Origin: Kudoa neothunni
Lineage: Eukaryota > Animalia > Cnidaria
Length of the DNA stretch: 64,000 nt
Assembly (NCBI GenBank): GCA_964304625.1
Contig: OZ199839.1
Coordinates: forward strand, 5,958,311 to 6,022,310
Direction: 5' to 3'
In this document: positions 53,957-64,000 of the stretch, in pieces
Position numbering within the stretch: position 1 is the stretch's first letter
Layout of the letters: each line of letters starts with the position of its first letter
Made by a program: the position numbers and the translations under genes
The notes under the pieces: generated by a model
What the model was told of the DNA's origin: nothing
Databases searched by the model: none
What the model saw: the letters and a program-made list of their open reading frames with translations, nothing else

Positions 53957-55341
53957 ACTGGGACATTTATAAAAGATCACACAATAAATCTATAAGTATT
54001 AAAACAAAGTTTGTTATTATCCTGATAGTCTTTGATTGGTCAATTAAGCATACGATAAGGCCTCGATTTTATACGCAATATCGATTTTTTCGCGTGCATT
54101 ACAAGAATAAATTTTTTATTTTTCAACGAAAAAATTGTTTATTCTGTTTGTATTATTTAATTAAGAATGCGAAGAATATCGTTCTTACAGTATAAGAATT
54201 TTTCATGTATCTTTCAAGAACTTTTGATCAATATTTTTAAAATATCAAGATGGTCGAAGAAATCCGCCAATTTTTTCTGTAAATAAAGCAGTCAATCGTG
54301 AGATGATGATTTTTTTTATCGTTTCATTTCCTTTTAATTTTACTCATTCTTTATTGCATATGTTTGTTGGGTGCATCGTTCATAAAAAAGAGCGTCTACG
54401 CCAGGATTTAATATTTTCTCTCTTATAGCTGCTTATTACCTCATAAAATCTGTCCAACTAGTCGTAAACAATATTATAATCAATGCTCCCCGCTCTTCCG
54501 ATGAGAATGAATTTTTATAACAAAAGAGTCTTCAAATTTTAAGTGAATATATTCTTCTACTGAAATTAGTGATTTAAAGATCGTCAACAAATGTTCCGCC
54601 TTTTTGATGATCAAAAACTCATGAATATATTTTTTTTCTTATTTTGATATTATCAGGTCGTAAACTCAATTTAAATAAGGATATATTTTTCATTTATAAT
54701 CTCTTTACGTGTAGTAGCAACATATGAGTTGATTTAAACAGATTTATTGACCAAAATCTATTCAGAGAAGAATAATCTATCCTAATTTGAATAAAACTCA
54801 AAATAACAGAATCCATGATATTTTGTGGCATTCTACAGCCATTTATTGGCCTTTAAGATTGATCTAAATGATTCATAATATTGAATAATTTCAACTTTTC
54901 ACCAACAAAATTTTCTCTCACAATGCCGGACGTTCGAATGTATAACTGAATGGATTAGTCGGACTGACATTTGAAGTAACTACGTCTAAACAACAAGACT
55001 CTGAATTTTTCCAAAATTGTATCAACAAAATGTTATTTCATAATTTTCGTATGTAAGTTAAATTAAAAGATAAAATATAGGAGAAATTGTACATTGTTGC
55101 TTACAGAAATTAAAAAAAACACCAAATACCCTATATCAAACTTCGCAATATCGATATTTATTGTATATTCAATTAATCGTTAGTTCGACTATAAAAAATA
55201 ACGTTTTATAAATATTTTTATTATAATACATTTAAAGTTTGTATTATTTTATTTCTAAAAACTAAAATTTTCTTTCGTTTTTGAAATTAGCTCATTTAAA
55301 AATCTGAACTGAAATAAAAATTCCCACTTAAATATTATATA

Positions 55342-56440
55342 CTAACGAGAACTGCCTAGCGTTGTTTGGGGAAGATTTCGCATAGATACGTTTCTTAACA
55401 ATATTCGAAAAATATATTTAAGCCTAAAATTAACCCATACATGCAAAATAACTAAAAATTTTTAAACAATATACTTTAAAGATTTGGACTATGAAGTTTG
55501 AATTATGTTCATTTAAAATTTCGTGGTTCGGCACCAACGCTAAATAGGTTAAGGTCAGCATCCTATTTTTTTCATTCCCGAATTATTTAAATCCCGTTAA
55601 AGTGTTATCTAAAACGTTATTTTTTGGCCGGAGAAATTTTAAAAGTCGGATTCTGGTCCCGCTCAATAACTGTGTGTACCACTATCTTTTAAAGAGATAA
55701 AAAAATGGAGAAAGTAATAGAGATAGAACAAAACGTATGAAAATTAATTGATATTGCTAAAATTAATATCGTTTTGTCCGCAAAAACCTTAATGCGCTTT
55801 TTCTAACACACATTTTAAATAATCGGATGAAATAACCATCTGCACTGAATTGAATCACTGAAAGTTCAACATAACGGACGGTTTCAATGAAACCTACGGA
55901 CACGGTACTTGCGTTATAGTGCTTCAATCTATCTGATTATAACACGCATAAACAACTCAATAATAATGCAAATATTGACATCTTTTCGTATCTAAATCCA
56001 CTAACAGAGCCTTCAAAACATGTTTATCAAGTCAATTACATTAAAACTCCCGATATAAGGAATTTATTTGTGCAAACAATAAAATAAACGCGCAAATCAT
56101 ACACATAAAGACAGGTAGCATCGTTCAATTAACATATGATGGAGCATATAAGGGAGATAGTTAACTTCAACCGACCATCACCACAACATAGGCAAACGCT
56201 ACTCTTGTAGTTGAACTCATGTAATCCGATAAACAAACTTTAAATCGACAAAATCACAATTTCATAAATACTTTTTGGAAATTATAGTCATCTGAAAACA
56301 ATTATACGACTTTTTTAAATATTACAAGTTTTTAAAAATTTTATATATGACTCTCTATAAGGAAAAAATTATCCGCATATGCGTACTTAGAGGCATACAC
56401 ACACACAAACATACCGACAGTCCTCTTTTATATATATAAA
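55342..56440 (-). mobile_element. non-autonomous/decayed Helitron (copy B, same family as 15303-17988)
   Basis: 55350-55905 aligns by eye with 15310-15930, and 56360-56435 with 17908-17985. Minus strand near 56225-56160 reads HEFNYKSSVCLCCGDGRLKL, like the CC..G...L motif N-terminal of Helitron RepHel proteins. Confidence 0.7.
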
Positions 56441-58164
56441 CGATTAATAATTCCCCTGATTAGAAATGTATAAACATAACATTGAAGAAATTTTTGTAGT
56501 GATAATTAAATTTGATAACGCTTTCGAGCCAGATATTTTTTCGTTAAAATATACATTTTAAACCCTTCAAGTACAAAACTTGTAAGCAGAAGAATTAATT
56601 TCGTGAAGTAAACGAGCTAACTGTCCGCGTATATGGTTAAATATACATTGGGATTACATGAAAATGATTTGACCATGAAATCAAAGAACATTCCATTTAA
56701 AACAAAAAATAGGTAACATTATTGTGGTCAGAAACTCATTTTACAAATAAATGAAGAAAAAAATTTGCTTAAGTCTATAAAATTGTATTAAACGATAATG
56801 ATTTGAAATTTAATTGTAGGTTTTCTTTTCTTTATGAGACAAAACATTAAACGGATAGATTGGATGTTTAAAATAACATCGAATTCAACATCAAGACATA
56901 TTCTGCGTATTCTGCGTATTATCGTATAATCTTATATCTATATGTTAAAATAACAATAGATAAACGTGAAAAGTGTAAATTTTTAATTAAGCCATCAATG
57001 CTACTTTGCATTCATCACTAATACCTAACCGGACATCGAATATCGTTGAGGGGGTTAAAAAGTATCATTTTGGTACGAACGTACCAACTCTGGCAACCAT
57101 AGTTCTAATCCAGTTTAATGTTGTCCCTTTTGTGGATTAATTTTGTCGAGCAATGTGTCGCCAACGTGTTTAAAAATATAATTTTTTCCAATATACTAAA
57201 TACCAATTTATAAACTTTTTACACTTAACACAATATTAAATTAACATCTAATGCGATATATAGTCATTTACTAAAAAATTGTTCAAGTTTTTGAAAAAAA
57301 TGATGCAATAAAGTATTTTTTATGTAGTACGAATGAGGGACACAAATCCCATTTTATATATACATAAATTTCCGCTTTTTTATAGAAAATTTCACGCAAA
57401 AATCTAAAATTCCAGGAGGTTTAAAATGTGTTTTCTAATAAAAATTAATAAATTATGTTGTATTAGATAAAAATTATTGAAACAAACATCATCAGTGTCT
57501 TCGAAAAAGGGGAGAATGATTAATATAAGTGGTGCTAACTACGAGCTCTGAGAGTTTCTTATGAGTTAGTTATAATTACACGCGTTCATTTTTCGTATAT
57601 ATTTAACTTTTGGAAGAATTATTAGTATAACGACTCATCATAATTCTATTGAAAAGTAATAGATCAAAATATCCAAATTATACGAAGTTTAATCCCATTG
57701 AAGAACTGTATCACGCTGTTCGATTGTAATACCTAACATAGTTATGTTAATTCCTAAAGTCTCTATATGTTTTTGTTGTCCCATTACTAATAACAACAAA
57801 AAGTATTCATTCTAAGAATTTATTAATAAATGTGAAATTGTCTAGAATAGATAACAGAGTTTGATTATAAAACAAATCATATTATAAATGTCATTAGAAA
57901 TGGGGAACTATTTCTCAAGGTATTAAAAAATCTTAACCTCTCTCTATAATCTTTATCTTACTTCCTTAATTCATTTCGCATAAGTTGGATTTCATTCGAT
58001 TAAACTTTTCTATTGAATATCCTCAATTCAATTTTCTGCTCAAGCGTGATATAGTTAAGTTATAAAGTAATTATTAGAGTGGATTTCATATTTATTTCAA
58101 GTCAAGAATAAAGGAATTGGTGACGTGATACATTTTGTTACAAGTATCAAATAGGTTGATTGGT

Positions 58165-60435
58165 ATGAGTTCTGATTCGCTTGAAAATAAATCTGCACCA
58201 CAAAATGCTAAAAGTCAATCCAGCGAAGCCAATACAACGGCATTTTCAATGAAGAATATCATAATTTATAGCGTGATATCGTGTTGGTCTGCCATCAATT
58301 TCGGCTACTCCCTAGGATATCCATCCTATCACAACAAGATCCTTACGGATACAAACACTACAAAAGATGAGCCGCAACTTTCTCTATACAATGTGATCAT
58401 AAAAATTATTATTATTATTATTATTTACTTTAACCTGATACTTATTATAGTCAATCATTTTGATTGGTGCATTAGTTGGAGCACTAGCTGCCACATATTG
58501 TACACTGAATAGATTTGGGAGAAAAGTTACTATGATTGTTGGAGCTATGTTCTCGTCAGTGGGATGGGCTTTGCATCTGATCTATTGTAATCCTAAGTTG
58601 TCCAAAACTTTCGATATCATCAATTTGTTGATATTTGCCCGATTTTTGGTTGGCATGGGTGTGGGCTTCTCATCCACTAGTTCACCGGTACTACTACTCA
58701 CTATATATCACATTAATTATTATTGTTATTTATTAAAAATTTGATTCCCTCTTAACTGGTAAGAGAACTTGAGGTGCTATTAAATTATTAAAATTAAAAA
58801 ATAATTTAATCACTTCCATTACTTTTAACCAATAATTATCAGTTATTCTGAATTACTCTCATCGTCATATTCCAAACTATTCAATAAATAAAAAAATTAG
58901 TAAAGCAGCTTGAATTAATTCGGGATCTGCCCCTCACTTTAGAAATAACGCATAGACATTTATTTAGGTAATATTTTCAGGACTTTCTCCTCCAATCTTG
59001 ATAACATGGATCTTGATATTATATATGTTGCGAATAGCCATTTATCAATCTTACGATTGATTATTTTTAATTAAGACTCCAAAATCACCAATTTAAAATA
59101 ATTAAAATATTAATTTCTTAAATATTTCCTGATTATGATTTTTTTATAATCTTAGTTTAACTATAAAATAAATACACCTTAACACATATTTATTAATTTT
59201 AATTTATTGATGACAAAATATAGGTATATACAGCTGAAATATCTCCACCAAGTGCATTCAAATATACCGGAACCTTCCACCAAATAGGAATCACACTCGG
59301 TTTCATATTATGTAGCACTGTTGCGTATATAGCAGAAAAGAGTGACTTGAAAGAGAAAGCGCCAGTGAAGTTTCTATCTTCTCGGATTGCTTTACCACTA
59401 ACAATTTTTTTGTGTGTGATATTTCAATTAATCTCTGCATTTTTCCTGCCGTACGTACCAACATGGATGGCATCATCATCATCATCATCAAAAAAGTCCA
59501 AATCTAATGAGGCTACTTTGAAAAAGAACCAGTTAAAACTCTATGGAACTCAATACAATTGGGCCGATGTATATGCAAGCTATAAAGAGAGGGGTATGGC
59601 ACACCAAACTTGGTGTCTCATCGTTATCGTGTATTCATAATGTTGTGTAGAAACAAAAGATTCAGCCACAACCTCAAATACATCCATATATAGCAAACAA
59701 AACTTGAGAGCATTTTTTGTGGTTTTAATGTTGTTCCTTCTACAACAGTTGTCAGGTATCAATGTCATAGTGTTTAACTCTTGGAAACTATTTTCCGGCG
59801 CCGGGCTAAGTAAGCCAAACCTAAATACTTGTTATGCTGAATTGATGTGAAATTTTCATTAGAGTCACAAACACTTGGTACTTTAATTGCTAGTTTTGGA
59901 CAATTGGGAGGTGCACTTTTGTGCATCGTTACTAATGCATATTTGCCGAAAAAAATTGTCCTTCTTGTAGCATCAATCACATTCATGATCAATCACATTG
60001 TCCTGGGTATTCAGTTTCAGTAAATATACATATCACCAATTTTACGTCTATTTAATTGCAACGAGTAGGTTTCTTCAGAATAATGCCAGCTATGCACCAA
60101 TCGCTGTGGTAATGGTTTTCACATTTTATATTGCATTCAATGCATCGTGGGGACCAATTCCCTTTATCTACAATGCATTAAGTTTCACCAGCGCGGCTGT
60201 TGGGACTTTCTCAGGATGGTGTGTGATGTTGAGTTGGTTGTTCTCATTCTCCATCACCTACCCAATATATGGTATAGAACAACAATTCGGAAAACATGGA
60301 TTGTTCTACTTTTTTGCGGTTCTTTCATTTTTTGGAGTAATATTTTCCGCACTTTGTGTTCCAGAAATAAAAGACAAGGATTTGTCTGAAATCCCAGAAC
60401 TCTACAAAAAGACCCTACATCCTTCTTTCAAATAG
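58165..60435 (+). CDS. MFS sugar-porter family transporter (SLC2/GLUT8/TRET1-like), 505 aa
   Basis: Exons 58165-58392, 58451-58687, 59224-59593, 59651-59809, 59863-60019, 60069-60435. Motifs FGYSLGYPS, NRFGRK, ARFLVGMGVG, PVYTAEISP, QQLSGIN, WGPIP, VPEIK. Confidence 0.92.
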
Positions 60436-61914
60436 ATTCCCGTCTCTACTTGTTTGTTTAGAGTGTTTAATGATAATAATTTTGAGTGTATTTAAGAGCC
60501 AACTTTAATATTTATTTAATAAAGCGTCTTCTTTTTTCAATTAATTTGTTTGCGTAATGATTTTTATATATTTTTGTTGTAGGAATTAATTATTAATATT
60601 GCTTTTTAGGCCAATTAAGAATAATATAGAATATTATCTCAACATTCATTTTGAAGGGAAAAATATAATTGATGATTAAATTTTACGTGGAATCAAAAAT
60701 TAACATTATGAATACATTATTAGGAATACCTATGCCAAATTTGACATTTCCTGCTTTGAAAAAATTCAAAATAAATATTTTTAACTCGTAAAGTAAGGAT
60801 TAACGTATGAATTTAAAATTATTTTAAGATAATTATTAAAAATAGCAAAATCTTTATAACTGGACGAAAACCTACGACAATTAATTTTTATAATAACGAT
60901 TAATCTCACTTTATCTGATACATAACATAATACGATCGTGACAACAAGCAGTTGTATATAAACTATTAATTTTATATTGATTTATGATAGAATTTAAGTT
61001 ATAGATCATTAAAATGTATATGGAGGAATTTATTAATCAAATGACAATTAATCAGAAATGGACGAATGTTAATCCTATTATTAACATGTGCCATCAGTTT
61101 AACAATTTCCAAATTTAAAATCTGTTATTTTAAATGAATTGATAAGTTTTATCGATGTGTTTATATCAGTAATAATTATAGTGCGCGTGCGTATTTACAG
61201 ATTTGCAGGCAAATAAAGGATTTTTTGTATACAGATTATTGTTTACGGATCTAACTAAAATTCGATGCATATTAAGAATAAAAATTTATTGATTCCCTAA
61301 ATATTATAAAAATCTAAAGTAAATAATTATTATTTGGAAAAAGCATCAGGACAGGTGGGAGAGTTGTGTGGTGCCCCATTGGGGACCATTATGTTCATAA
61401 ATTCGATTCCTGCTGTAATTCAGTCAATTACTTCTGCATCAATGTTTATGATTTATAATTGTTATTTCTATTAGAATGAGTGCTTATTTTTATTTAAATG
61501 TTCTTTCGTATTTAATCTGGTAAGATGCTTGACTCTTCAGTGTTACATTAGGAAAAATGTGATAACTATGCTCCCATGTGACAAATATCGTTAAAGTTAG
61601 TTGGATCGACATAGAATATCTCGTCGAACGAGGATATTTGTTGTTTTGAAATCTCATAATACTGCAGAAGTCAACAAAATTCGAATATTTATTTCTTTAA
61701 AAATTATATTATCATTTAAAGCGATAAAAAGACTTGGATAAATTGACCTCCAAAGCACCTAATATATAGTTTTTTTGTATATCATTGTTTATTCTATTTT
61801 TTCAAATTTTTAACAAATACTTATAAAATAATTACAAAATATTATGTGTTTTAGGGGAATACAACAGATATTACTATTGGTAAATTCTTCTATATATGTA
61901 AAACTTGTAATACA

Positions 61915-61959
61915 GTTGGCTCTGGGGTCAATTTGACCCCAGAAACGCTCGGAGGTTAA
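61915..61959. mobile_element. piggyBac-like terminus
   Basis: Palindrome TCTGGGGTCAATTTGACCCCAGA followed by GGAGG|TTAA; partner end not identified. Confidence 0.45.
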
Positions 61960-64000
61960 TACGCTTATTCAAGTAGAAATAGCAACATCAATGCTTTATT
62001 GGTGCAAAAAATTAGAAGAAACTAGAATTATCGATGTATTTGAATCAGGTAAAAATAAAACGTCAATTGCATTTGACGGTTTGTTTCATTTTTAGGCAGA
62101 GGTTTAAAAAGTCGGCATCGAGACATTTAGAGTACCATATTGAGGATTATATGTTTTGAGTCACGGGATCGACGTAATGACTGAGATTCGGTTAGCTATA
62201 CCTGTATCTTGTTAATAACGAGTACTTGGATTAAATTATTAAAGATAGATGCTAGTTTCTAGCATTATGGAAATATAGGATGGATAGTGTTTATTAGTAT
62301 TCGAGAAAATTAGGTAATGTTAATGCCTGTGGCGTCTTAAAAACATCGTTGTTGTACCTTTTTTCGTAGAATTTTTTAAAATCCTTTATAATAAAATAAA
62401 TAAATGTGGAGTGCAAAAATTTAGCCTCAATATATAACTTCTAAATTTTGACCGAATCTCACTTCGAACAAAATCGTTCCATGTGTAATCTTTCTTGTGT
62501 TTACAAAAACTTGCAAGTTTCCTTATTCTTGGTATATTTTAACATAATGACTACCTGGAATCACCGAAACTATTTTTAACATAACTATTTCACTAAAAAT
62601 TTAGTTTAAATGTTATATATAATGACGTTATATTTTACAAACGGAACAAATTAATTTATTCCTTAATTAATTAATAAATGAAATTTAATTTTGACTATTC
62701 ATTATTATTGGAAAATAAAATTTTAGGACTGAATTCGTGTGTAAATTCGAACATAAACAATTTTAGTATTGTTTGATTTTCAATTTTAGTGCTTAAAATT
62801 TGTAATTTTTATCAAAAAATTATTATCCAATTCATTAGTCTCTTAATTAAAAATAATGTATAACAATTATACCAATATAAAATAGTTTTATTTAAAAATT
62901 AGTGGATAAATCAAGTACAGATAATCAATGTATTCATAGCTATTTTTTTCTATTCTATTCTAGTAAATTCAAATAAATCCAACATGTTTAAACCAAATTT
63001 TGTTGTGCGTATTTTATAATAACTGAAGCTACGAAAATGTAATATTATATTGAATTATTCCAGTATCATAAATGGACAATACAAATTTTGGAATATTTTC
63101 GCCATATACTCCTTATTTGTTTCTAAAAACTCCATATTAATGAATCTGAATAAAATTTTGCTGATTCTATCAATTTTCTATGATAATGCTTCAGAGAAAT
63201 TGTTCCTCTGATATATCTTCTAAGATATAGTCGACAGTCGATTTTATACTTTTTTTGCGAAATTACTTATAATGTTAAATGTTCCTAATGTTTATATAAA
63301 CAAGTATATTCTACTAATAGTAATTTTAGTTTAAAGAATTGATTGTAAGCGATACAAAATATGTCCAAATCACGTGATCTACCGCTTTTGCACACTGTTC
63401 CCAGAAAAATTAGGAATGCGGCCTTAAGAATAGTTAAATAAATAAAAAAACGAGAAGAAGAATATTAAATATTTTTAAAATTTTCCACTAACCCTCAAAG
63501 GTGCGTTCTCAAAAAACTAACGTGTGTTCCCATGGGGACCGGTCAGCGACCCCAATGGTTTTCTACAATAATGATTGAGTATGATTCTAACTTTTGGTGT
63601 ATAGATTAATTAATCTTTTTAACATTAAAATATATATTTAAAATATCCAAGCGACAAAAGAATTTGTTAAAAATATCGTAACCATGTCGGGAGACATGAC
63701 CAATTAAACTTATCTAAACAAAACTTCAAATGGTGGATGTAATAGATACAACTATTAGATATAACTATTTCGGCTTCTTTTTTATCTGAATGTAACAAAG
63801 TAGAAACTTTTACACCACTTTAATTTCAATATTAGGTTGCTATCAAATGGCACTAACAGGAGGTAACTCCTGCGAAGTTCGGTAATCCAATATTGATTTA
63901 CACTAAGCTAAGTTTACAACACATCTTGAGAAACAAAGAATAATGTTGAGTCTAAATAAGTAAGGATGAATTTATTTGAGTTATGCGTGAAAATATTTTT

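Noticed and set aside
54050-55160. Decayed coding-like sequence on the - strand (possible BED-finger/hAT remnant)
   Set aside because: Many stops, no convincing motif or TIR pair; needs BLASTX against a TE library.
57069-57102. Hairpin TTGGTACG-AA-CGTACCAA next to CTGGCAACCATAG
   Set aside because: Looks like an isolated hAT-type terminus fragment rather than a terminator or ncRNA; no partner end found.
7388-59992. Numerous minus-strand and alternative-frame ORFs (7388, 23903, 27659, 28088, 28964, 36974, 44126, 48875, 51076, 51117, 52778, 53373, 59303, 59580, 59774 and others)
   Set aside because: Shadows of real + strand exons; not conserved as open frames between paralogues.
1-64000. Alternative genetic code, CRISPR arrays, rRNA or prokaryotic operons
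   Set aside because: Spliced models are open in the standard code and use TAA, TAG and TGA as stops; no repeat-spacer arrays or rRNA-like sequence seen.

Overview
Very AT-rich eukaryotic (metazoan-type) DNA in the standard genetic code, with mostly tiny (about 39-60 nt) GT-AG introns. The ORF track therefore shows only exon fragments, and its TTG/GTG starts are artefacts. I assembled nine spliced genes by hand, all on the + strand. (1) A tandem family of five secreted proteins with five Kunitz/BPTI-like modules each (K1-K5, 6188-37740); only module 2 keeps all six cysteines, and K5 has a 1-nt frameshift. (2) Two tandem pepsin-family (A1, cathepsin D/E-like) aspartic proteases; the second has a 1-nt frameshift. 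(3) An 875-aa type I membrane protein with divergent Cys-containing FN3-like modules, a Thr-rich insert, two micro-exons and a KKKN tail. (4) A sugar-porter (SLC2/TRET1-like) MFS transporter. The intergenic DNA is old segmental duplication plus decayed transposons (Tigger/pogo, piggyBac, Helitron, hAT and Mutator-like MITEs, a tRNA-derived SINE). The most interesting signal is the Kunitz array: flanks are strongly diverged, the genes are a gene-conversion-like patchwork, and hypervariability is focused on the beta-hairpin turns of modules 2 and 5 rather than on the canonical protease-binding loop. This suggests a diversifying secreted effector family. The organism cannot be identified from sequence alone; a compact-genome, possibly parasitic invertebrate is an inference.
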